From Escherichia phage ECML-359: 64,000 bases of DNA. A program made the translations under genes and the position numbers. Shown here piece by piece: positions 10,152 to 19,187 of this stretch; position 1 is the stretch's first letter; every line of letters begins with the position of its first letter. Where the stretch lies: the sequence record OL631482.1. The stretch is one strand, 5' to 3'. The notes under the pieces are model-generated. The model saw nothing but the letters and a program-made list of their open reading frames with translations. It was not told the origin of the DNA and ran no database searches.

Positions 10152-10315
10152 TTAAAGTTCCAGAATGAAGCACCAACCAGAAATAAAGGCCAACAAATCA
10201 TAGACGTCAGCCACCAACAAAAGTCACCTGCACCGAAATCATCTAATTTAGCTAGGGTCTTAGCATAACCAATACCGATGATAAGATACAAAATACCCAA
10301 CAATAATTCAATCAT
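10148..10315 (-). CDS. hypothetical small membrane protein (55 aa)
   Basis: Own translation MIELLLGILYLIIGIGYAKTL...; ATG overlaps nrdC stop and stop overlaps next ATG; not in track. Confidence 0.35.
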   Translation of the reverse strand: MIELLLGILYLIIGIGYAKTLAKLDDFGAGDFCWWLTSMICWPLFLVGASFWNFK

Positions 10316-10575
10316 TTAAAATATTCTCGCAGTTCAGTGAATCCGCCAATATGACTTCCGTCAGGAGCAAATACTTGCGGCATGGTCAAACCAATTTGAG
10401 ATTCGCGACCAAGTGCAGCCAGGAGTTGGGCAATCTTCTCATCATCAAACACACCTTTTTCTGGCATAACGTTGATGAACTCGTAAGGTTGTTTTTTAAC
10501 ATCCAAAAAACGTTTTGCATTATCGCAGAATACACAGCGATGAATAGATGAATCATAACCATATACTTTAAACAT
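10312..10575 (-). CDS. nrdC: phage thioredoxin/glutaredoxin
   Basis: 87 aa; MFKVYGYDSSIHRCVFCDNAKR...TMPQVFAPDGSHIGGF matches T4 NrdC as recalled. Confidence 0.85.
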   Translation of the reverse strand: MFKVYGYDSSIHRCVFCDNAKRFLDVKKQPYEFINVMPEKGVFDDEKIAQLLAALGRESQIGLTMPQVFAPDGSHIGGFTELREYFK

Positions 10576-10576
10576 A

Positions 10577-10834
10577 TTATTCCTTAATTCCTAATACTTG
10601 TTTGAAGGTCTCAGTATAATCGGGGTATTGACCGGTTTGTTCTTTATGTTTGACCATAATACCATAAACTTCTGAACGCATATTATTATATGAACGAGTT
10701 AAAGCAGATTTCAATACTGAATAACTATCCGGAAGTTTACCGTGTTCTTTATAATAGGCCAGAGTTAATTCACGGACCGCCTTATCAGCAGCCTCAAGAT
10801 ATTCTTTACGCTTTGCCATTTTCGTCTCGCTCAA
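10577..10834 (-). CDS. hypothetical protein (85 aa)
   Basis: ORF track. Confidence 0.5.
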   Translation of the reverse strand: MSETKMAKRKEYLEAADKAVRELTLAYYKEHGKLPDSYSVLKSALTRSYNNMRSEVYGIMVKHKEQTGQYPDYTETFKQVLGIKE

Positions 10835-11150
10835 ATTTGTGTTTACAATGTCTGCATTTGTAACGAAGAGTACTAGTCTGCCAATGGACTAACTGGACCT
10901 GTTCAGTTCCGCATTCTGGACAGTTTGGAACACGTTTAGAAGCACGTTCACGCCGACGAACCATAGCCATTACCATATCCCAATCAGGAACCTGACTATA
11001 ATCACCACAGCCATGAATCTTTCCTAACTGCACAAGGTCAGCACCCTCAGCGTTTTCAATAAATTTTAAAAGACCTTTATTAACCCCCGCTGCGGGGGTC
11101 CATTCTGGAAATGCAGTTTCTGCAATATCTTCAGCTAAACGTTGTTTCAT
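10806..11150 (-). CDS. hypothetical protein with C-terminal zinc ribbon
   Basis: CPECG...(x20)...CRHCKH four-cysteine motif. Confidence 0.5.
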   Translation of the reverse strand: MKQRLAEDIAETAFPEWTPAAGVNKGLLKFIENAEGADLVQLGKIHGCGDYSQVPDWDMVMAMVRRRERASKRVPNCPECGTEQVQLVHWQTSTLRYKCRHCKHKFERDENGKA

Positions 11151-12136
11151 TTAAGCAGCTCCAGAGCTTGTTCCAGTTTATCCAGACGATTAGTTGATTC
11201 TTCCCAAAGTCGCTTGGCTTTGGTATAGTCTTCAGTTGCCTTTTTATTAACAGCAAGAGCTTTATTATACGCCATTTCCAGAGCAACAATTTCAGGCGCT
11301 TTTTGTTCCACTGGCTCATTATTCAGATTATCAATCAGGTCTTCAAGGGTGGTTTCTTGCGGAGCATTCATAATTTCCTCACTTTTCTTTTTATAAATTT
11401 CTGCAACAGTTGGTTGTTTTGCACATTTAACTTCACGCAATGTCGCCACAATTTTCCAACCTTTCCAACCATGAGTACTGGTGATAGGGTCTACTTTAAT
11501 TTTTTCAACAGTGCGCATATAGTTAAGGGCACACTGCAGCTGTGAAGTAAGCGTGCTCGCGGCATCAAGATACTTTTTGACATTTTCTGGAGTAGCTACC
11601 GGCGTAAAGAATTCATACTTAACTGTAATAATTACCTGGTTTTCACCAGACTCTTTAACCTTTATCATGTGCTCAGCCAAATGGGAGATAGTGCGATAAT
11701 CGCTACCCATCAATTTTGTCGCTGATTTGATGATAGACATTTTGTTATCTCTGAATTCACGAGCCCAGCAATTTGCGAATTCAGAAACAGTATAGCCTTG
11801 TTTATCAAGGTAGTATTTTTCAACATCACCAAACCAATGATATCCAATTGTACCTTTACCATGTCTGGATTCAACGCCAAACTTATTAAGAAGGTCTTTA
11901 TTAACTAGGTATGCCAGGACTCGGGAACCTTTAAAAGTTTTCTTGATATCATCTTTACCCGCACGACTCGCAATAGTCGCGATGTCTTTCTTGAAGCGAC
12001 CAGATGCAACAATCGTCGAGTCAATCTGATTTAACCAGTAATTGATAATTAAAAGGATAGCCGATTCACCTATTAATGGTTTTACTTTTGTATCAATAGT
12101 GGTGTTAAAGGCCTGGATATATTCGTTGCGCGTCAT
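11147..12136 (-). CDS. hypothetical protein (329 aa) with C-terminal coiled-coil tail
   Basis: ORF track; heptad-like C-terminus ending LEQALELLK. Confidence 0.6.
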   Translation of the reverse strand: MTRNEYIQAFNTTIDTKVKPLIGESAILLIINYWLNQIDSTIVASGRFKKDIATIASRAGKDDIKKTFKGSRVLAYLVNKDLLNKFGVESRHGKGTIGYHWFGDVEKYYLDKQGYTVSEFANCWAREFRDNKMSIIKSATKLMGSDYRTISHLAEHMIKVKESGENQVIITVKYEFFTPVATPENVKKYLDAASTLTSQLQCALNYMRTVEKIKVDPITSTHGWKGWKIVATLREVKCAKQPTVAEIYKKKSEEIMNAPQETTLEDLIDNLNNEPVEQKAPEIVALEMAYNKALAVNKKATEDYTKAKRLWEESTNRLDKLEQALELLK

Positions 12137-12194
12137 AGTGTTCTCCTCATAAAGTAGGAATTCATTATACTCCCTCCATCCTTGGAAGTAAACA

Positions 12195-13127
12195 TTATTT
12201 TAATGCTAAAATCGCCGCCTGCAATTTATTGCGTTGTGTTTCCATATTCTTGATGCGATTCATAACATCCTGAATACTCTTTTTCTCATCTTCAATCAGA
12301 CCGTTTAAGCGGTTGACTGATTCCTGGATAGCATCAGCATGATAGCTCTCAATAGGCTTCATTGGTGGGTTAAAGATTTCAAGAGAGCTGTTTGGCTGGA
12401 TTTTCCATTGATACATATTTTTAACTTCCAGTGGTGAAATTTTAGCCTGGTCGTAAGATTTAAACTGACCTGTAACTGCTGGGTTATATGTCGCAGTAGG
12501 GATATGTTCTGCCATTTCTGGTTCCTTTTTCTCTTGATAAGGTGCATAAGACAAAAGATATTCTTTAGTTAATTTAATATCAATGACTATAGTTTTAAGG
12601 AATTTTTCCGTTTGGTGGATATAATTTGTATCTTCTTCAAACGTGTATGCTTCAACAGCATGGCGCATATAAAACAGCGCGATACCCATAACCTCTTTAA
12701 AGGTATCACAAAGAGCAACGTCGCCCTTGGTGGTTGGTTTGAACTTAATCTGTATACCATCATTCTTGATATTGATAATCAAGTTACTGGAGTTAAAATT
12801 ATAGTTCTTGATGTTAACCGGAGCCTTGCGAATACGAAGCCCGCCAGCCAGGATTTCCTTAATGCTCTTACGAACTGTGGCACCAAACAAAAACGCAGGG
12901 CGGCGACAGTAATCATTCAGAGAGTTAATTCTTACAATACGTTGTCCATACCCCTGGGTGGCAGAACCTGATTTGATTTTACCAAAGTTAACCAGAGAAT
13001 TCATCGCGATAAGACGGGTTGCACGACCTTCACGCTGTTCAAATCGAGAATATTCTTTACGTGTTTTAATGTTCATATCATAATCCAAATAATTTTTTAT
13101 AGAGTTTAGCAAAAGGCCAGGCCACAC
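12195..13127 (-). CDS. hypothetical protein (about 300 aa) with C-terminal coiled-coil tail
   Basis: ORF track; likely true start at internal MNIKTRKEY; C-terminus ending LQAAILALK. Confidence 0.55.
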   Translation of the reverse strand: MWPGLLLNSIKNYLDYDMNIKTRKEYSRFEQREGRATRLIAMNSLVNFGKIKSGSATQGYGQRIVRINSLNDYCRRPAFLFGATVRKSIKEILAGGLRIRKAPVNIKNYNFNSSNLIINIKNDGIQIKFKPTTKGDVALCDTFKEVMGIALFYMRHAVEAYTFEEDTNYIHQTEKFLKTIVIDIKLTKEYLLSYAPYQEKKEPEMAEHIPTATYNPAVTGQFKSYDQAKISPLEVKNMYQWKIQPNSSLEIFNPPMKPIESYHADAIQESVNRLNGLIEDEKKSIQDVMNRIKNMETQRNKLQAAILALK

Positions 13128-13314
13128 ACATTATAACAGCGACTACCCAGAATATAGGCCAGCAAAATGTTGTGAACACCGCATCATACTCGTCCCCACT
13201 TTCGTAGGGACTATCAAACTTGTGGAGCAACAGGGTAGTAATAAAACCTATCACAAGATAACCAAAAATAATGCTGATAATCAAAATAGTCATATTAATC
13301 CTTAAGCAATTCAA
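13078..13314 (-). CDS. hypothetical membrane protein (78 aa)
   Basis: Two hydrophobic segments; overlaps neighbour, start uncertain. Confidence 0.4.
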   Translation of the reverse strand: MNCLRINMTILIISIIFGYLVIGFITTLLLHKFDSPYESGDEYDAVFTTFCWPIFWVVAVIMCVAWPFAKLYKKLFGL

Positions 13315-14140
13315 TAACGTTCATCAGTTTCTGACGTTCGGCTTTCGCCGCGTTATTCAGTCCCGACAGACGGAAAATTTCATCATCTTGCTGCTGGATG
13401 GTGATGTTAAGCTCTTCAATCTGTTTAGTGAAAAGCTCAATTTGCTCTGAATATTTTTCATTGCTTCGCACTGGAACAGGTTCCATTTTAGGAGCTTGTT
13501 CTGAAGGGCTGACTTCAAATTGGTCTTTAATTTGGCATAATTTAATACGCTGGACGCCTCCAGTTTTAACATCATAAAAGGTAAGAATACCGTGACATTC
13601 CAGTACAGACAATGCCAAACGAAGATGGAATTTCCAATTATCATATTGACATCCACTAAAAGAAGAAATACTGTATTCACCTTCTTTTTGACCTTTAATA
13701 ACATTAAATAGTTTATAATCTAAAGAATTATTGGTTTTAAAGGTCATTTGTTTATCTTGACCGCTTGCTAAACGAGCGCCTAATGCCAATAAACGGCGCT
13801 GGTTTTTCCAAAGGTCTTTAACCACTTCATCAAACGTCATGGTGTTAATCGCACGACCATAAAGGTCATAACCTTTATTATAATTTTTAAGTAAAATTTT
13901 GGCATTAGCACGAGACAACATACCTGAACGATGAAGAGATTTCATGACTCGGTCTTCTAATGTAAGAAGACCAGTGGTCTTTTCAAAGATTTTAGTGAAT
14001 TCAGCGGAATTAGTACAAACATTGAACTTATTCCACATCATATATAGAACATTTAAAACCACATCTTTGGTGCTTGGTATACGACCAAATTTAACAACTT
14101 TTTTAACTTCAGAACGAATTTCATTAATTGCTTGCGACAT
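13295..14140 (-). CDS. hypothetical protein (281 aa) with C-terminal coiled-coil tail
   Basis: ORF track; C-terminus ending RQKLMNVIELLKD. Confidence 0.6.
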   Translation of the reverse strand: MSQAINEIRSEVKKVVKFGRIPSTKDVVLNVLYMMWNKFNVCTNSAEFTKIFEKTTGLLTLEDRVMKSLHRSGMLSRANAKILLKNYNKGYDLYGRAINTMTFDEVVKDLWKNQRRLLALGARLASGQDKQMTFKTNNSLDYKLFNVIKGQKEGEYSISSFSGCQYDNWKFHLRLALSVLECHGILTFYDVKTGGVQRIKLCQIKDQFEVSPSEQAPKMEPVPVRSNEKYSEQIELFTKQIEELNITIQQQDDEIFRLSGLNNAAKAERQKLMNVIELLKD

Positions 14141-14203
14141 AATAATTTCCTCAATAGATTAATCAAAGGTCAGAACCATTATACCATCCTTGGTATAAAG
14201 CGT

Positions 14204-14728
14204 TTATGCGAGAACCGTCTTTAAACGCTCTTCAAACTTCCGAAGGAGTACCTGGCGCTCTGCTCTTTGTTTGGTATAGGTTTCAATACGCTCTGAAGTG
14301 AGATTGTATTGTTCATTAACTGATTCCCTCATGAATTCAGGAATCTCTTTACATGCTTTGATTTCATTGAACTTATCAAGCACCGCTTGTTGTTCAGCAA
14401 TCAGACCATCATAATATTGGATATCTGATTTGATGTTTTGTACATCAGATTCAGTAGGCATATTTTTCTTCGCTCTTGTCGCCTGATACTCTGCATTAGT
14501 CTCTCTTGACCAGAACAAAGAGCGGTTTTTGTTGGTGTTTTTATACACATCAACAATACCTACTGAATCAACAGTCACAATCCAGTTCCAGGCGTTTTTA
14601 TAAGTTTGACCACCTGATACTGTAATCTCACCCGCACAAGCAACATCATTAAAGAACTTGCTTTGTGCTTCTGATTTAAAATTACCATTATTGTAATTAA
14701 TCAGATTAAAGATTGATTTAGCTTCCAT
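14204..14728 (-). CDS. hypothetical protein (174 aa)
   Basis: ORF track; promoter cassette immediately upstream. Confidence 0.55.
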   Translation of the reverse strand: MEAKSIFNLINYNNGNFKSEAQSKFFNDVACAGEITVSGGQTYKNAWNWIVTVDSVGIVDVYKNTNKNRSLFWSRETNAEYQATRAKKNMPTESDVQNIKSDIQYYDGLIAEQQAVLDKFNEIKACKEIPEFMRESVNEQYNLTSERIETYTKQRAERQVLLRKFEERLKTVLA

Positions 14729-14764
14729 TTTATTCTCCAGTATTTGGTAACTCAGTATGGGAAC

Positions 14765-14793
14765 ATTATACGTCTATCCCCATACCATGTACA
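14765..14793 (-). promoter_or_regulatory. early promoter candidate (-35 TGTACA, 17 bp, -10 TATAAT)
   Basis: Minus-strand reading TGTACAtggtatggggatagacgTATAAT; conserved leader to ATG 14728. Confidence 0.45.
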
Positions 14794-14796
14794 CAT

Positions 14797-15099
14797 TTAA
14801 TTAAAAGTTCTTTCAGTCTTTTCACCACTGAACCAGACGCTCTTAACGGCTTGCTGGGCGCGATGAAGCTGCTCTGCCATATAAACACCAAGGGCCTCAG
14901 CTTTACGTGCCCTGTGAGCTTCTGCGGCGACTATTTGCAACTTATCCATCATGATAAGAGCTTTACATTTCTCCTTCAGAGCATATCGCTTCTTCTCTTC
15001 TGGGGTTTTGACCATTCCTCTTAACTTGTGCATTTTCAACTTAAAATGGTCAGCAGATTTCAGACATGCCTCAATCATGCCAAGTTCATACTTTTTCAT
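14797..15099 (-). CDS. hypothetical basic protein (100 aa)
   Basis: ORF track. Confidence 0.5.
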   Translation of the reverse strand: MKKYELGMIEACLKSADHFKLKMHKLRGMVKTPEEKKRYALKEKCKALIMMDKLQIVAAEAHRARKAEALGVYMAEQLHRAQQAVKSVWFSGEKTERTFN

Positions 15100-15105
15100 A
15101 ATTCC

Positions 15106-15312
15106 TCACTTGCGACGACGTTTTGGTAATGGTTTAGGGAAGAACATTGCTTTACCTGCAGGGGTCAAAGTCACGCGCAAAGCATTACCAATACCAAGGG
15201 ATGCTTTAACCAGACCTTTGGCTTTTAACTCACCAAATGCTTGACGTTGTTCAGGGTCACGAGTGTTAACCATCAGACCTTTTTCACCAGCAGCTTTGAT
15301 TAATTCTAACAT
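15106..15312 (-). CDS. hypothetical basic protein (68 aa)
   Basis: ORF track; C-terminal KPLPKRRRK; promoter cassette upstream. Confidence 0.45.
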   Translation of the reverse strand: MLELIKAAGEKGLMVNTRDPEQRQAFGELKAKGLVKASLGIGNALRVTLTPAGKAMFFPKPLPKRRRK

Positions 15313-15429
15313 TTTATTCTCCGTTTGTTTATTTGGTAACTCAGTATGGAATCATTATGCATCATGACCATCTGGTTGTACACATATACTAAATAAAAAT
15401 ACTTAATAAAACCATAAAGGAGAAAGTTT

Positions 15430-16176
15430 ATGATTTTATCCGGAAGAACTGTTGATGAACTCAATGAAAAAGTCCAGGCTGCCTTGGCTAATAATTGGTA
15501 TTTGTTTGGTTCTACTATGGTGTTGCCGAATACCCCTACAGATAGCAAAGAGCGTTTTTTCCAAACTATGTCCAGCTCGGAAACTCAGATACCGGGCCCG
15601 CCTGGGCCAAAAGGAGACCCGGGTGTACCAGGACCAAAAGGAGACCCAGGCGGGGATGGAAAGTCTTCTTATCAGATATGGCTTGACTTGGGAAATACAG
15701 GAACTGTTGATGATTTTTTAACTGATACAGCAGGAAAGAGGGAAAAATCCGAGGTGTTTTGGAGTGGTATAAACGTTCTATTAACTAATGGTGTGACGTC
15801 AAACATAATTAGTGTTTTAAAGGGGATTCCGCCGACTGCAGGGACTCTATCTCCGTTTTTTAGAACCACTGATGATAAGTTGTGGCCATATAACCAAGAC
15901 AGAAGCCTAATGTTTAAACTCAACCTTATTGGTAATTTTACAGGAGCCTCGCAAGCTCGAAGTATAACATTAAATTTCGTTGGAACCAACGGAAACACTT
16001 ATATACAGAATCGTCCGGAAAATGCTACAGATATTTTGTCTTTTACAACGTTCTTTAGCATTGATAAAGATGGGGCAATGGCTACCAATGGTACAGCTAT
16101 AACTGTTATGCCAAATGGCGGCAACTTTACAATAACATCTGCATTGTTAGTAGCCGAACAAACAGTGACTTCATAA
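15430..16176 (+). CDS. collagen-repeat protein (248 aa), opposite orientation to surrounding genes
   Basis: Eight Gly-X-Y triplets GPPGPKGDPGVPGPKGDPGGDGKS at residues about 56-79; AAAGGAG SD before ATG 15430; hairpin terminator follows stop. Confidence 0.65.
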   Translation: MILSGRTVDELNEKVQAALANNWYLFGSTMVLPNTPTDSKERFFQTMSSSETQIPGPPGPKGDPGVPGPKGDPGGDGKSSYQIWLDLGNTGTVDDFLTDTAGKREKSEVFWSGINVLLTNGVTSNIISVLKGIPPTAGTLSPFFRTTDDKLWPYNQDRSLMFKLNLIGNFTGASQARSITLNFVGTNGNTYIQNRPENATDILSFTTFFSIDKDGAMATNGTAITVMPNGGNFTITSALLVAEQTVTS

Positions 16177-16183
16177 ACAAAAA

Positions 16184-16199
16184 AGGGCCGTATGGCCCT
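16184..16199. terminator. bidirectional hairpin terminator between convergent genes
   Basis: GGGCCgtatGGCCC with A-run upstream on plus (T-run on minus). Confidence 0.5.
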
Positions 16200-16394
16200 T
16201 AGATTGCACTCCAAAAATTATGGAATCTTATAGTATTGATAGCCCAGTTAACAAACATGCGAGTTTGCTTGGGAGTTGGTTTGCATATGTACTTATTGTT
16301 GATTCGTCTGCCAGTTTCCCGACAGACTGCTTCGAGATACCAGCGCCGACCTTTATTAGGTCTTCCATACGATAAGAAGACCTTGATTTCCTGG

Positions 16395-17435
16395 TTATCG
16401 ATAATAGGAATTGTGGTTGTCAAGATATACCTCCTCAACAAACTTGTCCCAGAACTTCATGTCCACCTTCGCAGGCATACCATTCTTAGCAGCCTGGATG
16501 GCCAGGACTTCAACTTCATCAACAGTATTTTCCAACAGGCCTTGAACTACTTTGAAAGGCATATCACCAGCTTTTATTGCTTTAATAATAGAAGCATTTT
16601 TAAGTGGATAAACCAGGTCACCAGTTTGATAGATTTCCTTCAGCTGATATCCAGCTCGGTAAGCATGACTCAATGCTTTCCAGTCAATACCTTCATTGGC
16701 TTCAGCCTTACGAGCACGTTCACCATATTCGGCATCAAGTTTATTCAGAGATTGCTTGAGCTCGATTAAAGACAGGGTGGTTTGGTACTTACGTCCAAGA
16801 ACAGTATAGAACGTTTGAGGACCTGTTTTCTCATGGTTATGAAATACCCATTCACAGAACTCGTTTTCAGGGAGCCGGTGCTTAATATCTTCTACTTTAG
16901 TTCGACGTTGTTTAATAGAACCATCTTCTTGATAATCGACCCACTGTTCAGGAATCTGGTTAACAATTGTCAGTACACCACGCAGTGCAGCCAATCGAGA
17001 ACCTTTAACACCATATTTGGAAGCTTGCTTACGGACGTACCCCAAATAGGCTTTCATGTTAGTTGTATAGAACCGCGAACGGTTGTCTTGAATAAACTTC
17101 CATACATCTGGTAAATCGGATTTGACTACCAGGTCAGCCGGGGTGTGAATCATATCCAGGGCAACGGTTTCGCCTTCGGCAGCCAGTTTAAAGAAATATT
17201 TCAGACTGAATAATTCATGGTCGATATCGTCTTTTGTGTTTTTGGTAGCCGTGTTATTCGTGTTCAGGTTTGTATGATTCATCGCGGTTCCGAGCAGGAT
17301 ATCTCGCGGATGAGGAACAAAGATTTCTTTAAAATCAACATCAGATTCTGGGGTGCTTGTTCCATAAAGGTGGCTACCGAAGTAGCCTTTCATAATAGTT
17401 TTCATTCTTTGTCCTCGAAGTGGATTACTGGGCAC
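16395..17435 (-). CDS. Pol-beta superfamily nucleotidyltransferase-like protein (346 aa; alternative start near 17405)
   Basis: N-terminal GSHLYGTSTPESDVDF fits hG[GS]x9-13Dh[DE]h, with a further DDIDHE acidic cluster about 45 aa downstream. Confidence 0.6.
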   Translation of the reverse strand: MPSNPLRGQRMKTIMKGYFGSHLYGTSTPESDVDFKEIFVPHPRDILLGTAMNHTNLNTNNTATKNTKDDIDHELFSLKYFFKLAAEGETVALDMIHTPADLVVKSDLPDVWKFIQDNRSRFYTTNMKAYLGYVRKQASKYGVKGSRLAALRGVLTIVNQIPEQWVDYQEDGSIKQRRTKVEDIKHRLPENEFCEWVFHNHEKTGPQTFYTVLGRKYQTTLSLIELKQSLNKLDAEYGERARKAEANEGIDWKALSHAYRAGYQLKEIYQTGDLVYPLKNASIIKAIKAGDMPFKVVQGLLENTVDEVEVLAIQAAKNGMPAKVDMKFWDKFVEEVYLDNHNSYYR

Positions 17436-17854
17436 ATCTTAGATTTACGAGCTTTGATATATTGAATGAAAACATTTTCTTTAATTTCCTTTCCTTCACG
17501 TTTAGCTTTAATGCGTTCCCATTCTTTTTCTTCTTTACGTAAATCGTACCAGGCCCATAAATTCATTAGACCATACATTAGACCAAATGCTACCGTCAGA
17601 ATAAGAGCCAGTGTAGCTAGTCCTAAAATAAACCCTAAGCCTAAACCGACCGGGGTGCTTAATACAAAGAAATGCTCTAATACACCTGCACCCGCGACAG
17701 TTAATCCAAAAACCATACTACCGATAAAAACGGCACAAACAAAACAAGCCCAAACCATTTTCCAGAAATAAGCACACAAAGAGTGTGGACGAGAATGACG
17801 GTCATAAAAACGGTCGTGGAAACGAGCGTGCCATGAGTTTGTATTGATAATCAT
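17402..17854 (-). CDS. hypothetical polytopic membrane protein (150 aa)
   Basis: Three or more hydrophobic helices (VWACFVCAVFIGSMVFGLTVAGAGVL, GLGLGFILGLATLALILTVAFGLMYGLM). Confidence 0.5.
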   Translation of the reverse strand: MIINTNSWHARFHDRFYDRHSRPHSLCAYFWKMVWACFVCAVFIGSMVFGLTVAGAGVLEHFFVLSTPVGLGLGFILGLATLALILTVAFGLMYGLMNLWAWYDLRKEEKEWERIKAKREGKEIKENVFIQYIKARKSKMCPVIHFEDKE

Positions 17855-17865
17855 AATAATTTTCC

Positions 17866-18426
17866 TTAAGAGTTCATAGTTGGGATAACAGAGTTCAGAT
17901 AAGAGACTAAAACTTTTAGCTCGTCCTTAGTAAATACCACTTCACTTTCGCCGTCATGTCTTTGGACAATAGATAACAGGTCACGGCCGTTATGTTGATG
18001 CACAGTTAATTCAGTATTATAATCTAGTTCCTCTTCATCGCCTTCAAACGTTTCACTAGAGCGAATCAGTGCATCTTGTCCCGGAACTTTCCATTCAACT
18101 TCCGGTTTACATTCTTCCTGGAAGAGTTTGAAAATACAATCAAAGAATTTATCAGAATCGCTAATGCTCAGGCATTCTATACCATTTTCCAGATTAAACC
18201 CATTTTCATTTTTATAGATATAAGCGTATAGCTCATCGTTAATATCGACAGGAGCACTATTACGTCCATTGAGATAGTCAGCTCTATCCAAAACCATTAA
18301 ATTATAAAGTGGTTTAATATCTTGGATAGTCAGTACGATTTTATCGTCTTCTTGACAAAGCTCGATTGCGTTATTAACCACTTCAGCAGTCAGTTCGCCA
18401 AACAATTCAGTTGTTTCAATAATCAT
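17866..18426 (-). CDS. hypothetical acidic protein (186 aa)
   Basis: ORF track. Confidence 0.55.
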   Translation of the reverse strand: MIIETTELFGELTAEVVNNAIELCQEDDKIVLTIQDIKPLYNLMVLDRADYLNGRNSAPVDINDELYAYIYKNENGFNLENGIECLSISDSDKFFDCIFKLFQEECKPEVEWKVPGQDALIRSSETFEGDEEELDYNTELTVHQHNGRDLLSIVQRHDGESEVVFTKDELKVLVSYLNSVIPTMNS

Positions 18427-18436
18427 TTTCTGTTCC

Positions 18437-18721
18437 TCAACGGTTATGTTTTAAAATACTATAAAGCGCTTCTACTTGGCTTGCATCCAGGTAAATAACA
18501 TCATCATCTTGCTCAATGGAAATCCCACCAGTATTACCTGCAACAAAATTACATTCGCATACTTCAACTGGGCGGTATACGTCACCAACTGGATGCTCAG
18601 GCTCCAGAACAATCACACCATTTTCAGAATTGCCGCTTGGGTCATATAACATTACATTTTCCTCACTAACCACGAAAAGAATAAACCGATTAAAATAGGA
18701 CCTATAATCATTGTTGACCAA
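18437..18721 (-). CDS. hypothetical protein (94 aa)
   Basis: ORF track. Confidence 0.5.
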   Translation of the reverse strand: MVNNDYRSYFNRFILFVVSEENVMLYDPSGNSENGVIVLEPEHPVGDVYRPVEVCECNFVAGNTGGISIEQDDDVIYLDASQVEALYSILKHNR

Positions 18722-18743
18722 GCCCAGGGTTCTAAGTAATAAA

Positions 18744-19001
18744 TCATCTCATGCTCCTGTGCCAACAATTTCTTGGTTCACGTTTAAAAATTTCATCATG
18801 CATTGATTGACAACCAACACAATATATCACACCTTTAATCGCTTGTCTCCGCGCTTCAGGAATTTTTTCGTCGCAGTCAAAACAGAATTCAGCAGACTCC
18901 CTTTCAACTGCAACTTGTGCTCGTGCGTGAACGATAGCGGCTTGGACAACCGCTTCCATCTCTAACTGTTCAGCACCATCTTTTGCAAATCCAACAGCCA
19001 T
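18744..19001 (-). CDS. DksA/TraR-type C4 zinc-finger protein
   Basis: CFDCDEKIPEARRQAIKGVIYCVGCQ: CxxC-x17-CxxC spacing typical of the TraR/DksA family. Confidence 0.5.
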   Translation of the reverse strand: MAVGFAKDGAEQLEMEAVVQAAIVHARAQVAVERESAEFCFDCDEKIPEARRQAIKGVIYCVGCQSMHDEIFKREPRNCWHRSMR

Positions 19002-19183
19002 TATTCTTTCAACTCATTCAGATAAGCAATTAATTCTTCTTTAGAACTATTCAAATCACGCTTGCACTGTTCTATTCCAGAATATGAATAACCTTCACAA
19101 TATTCAACAGCCAGGTCATTGGATGCATTTTCAATGTGCCAGGCGAGTTTGATAATTTTTTCAATCTGTTCAGTAGTTAACAT
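19001..19183 (-). CDS. hypothetical protein (60 aa)
   Basis: ORF track. Confidence 0.4.
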   Translation of the reverse strand: MLTTEQIEKIIKLAWHIENASNDLAVEYCEGYSYSGIEQCKRDLNSSKEELIAYLNELKE

Positions 19184-19187
19184 AATA

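Noticed and set aside
15430-16176. Collagen-like repeat as mere low-complexity translation of non-coding DNA
   Set aside because: The ORF has a strong SD, a 248-codon open frame on the otherwise empty strand, non-repetitive flanking domains and a terminator directly after the stop.
16199-16441. 80-aa minus-strand ORF in the track between the terminator and the nucleotidyltransferase gene
   Set aside because: It overlaps the 3-prime end of the nucleotidyltransferase gene in another frame, has no ATG until residue 62, and its only SD-like sequence lies inside the neighbouring coding region. More likely 3-prime UTR than a gene.
16236-16769. 177-aa plus-strand ORF
   Set aside because: Antisense to the nucleotidyltransferase gene, with Leu/Ser/Ile-rich shadow-ORF composition and no SD; the same applies to other plus-strand track ORFs inside minus-strand genes (for example 12612..12971, 5411..5713, 31635..32093, 35139..35408).
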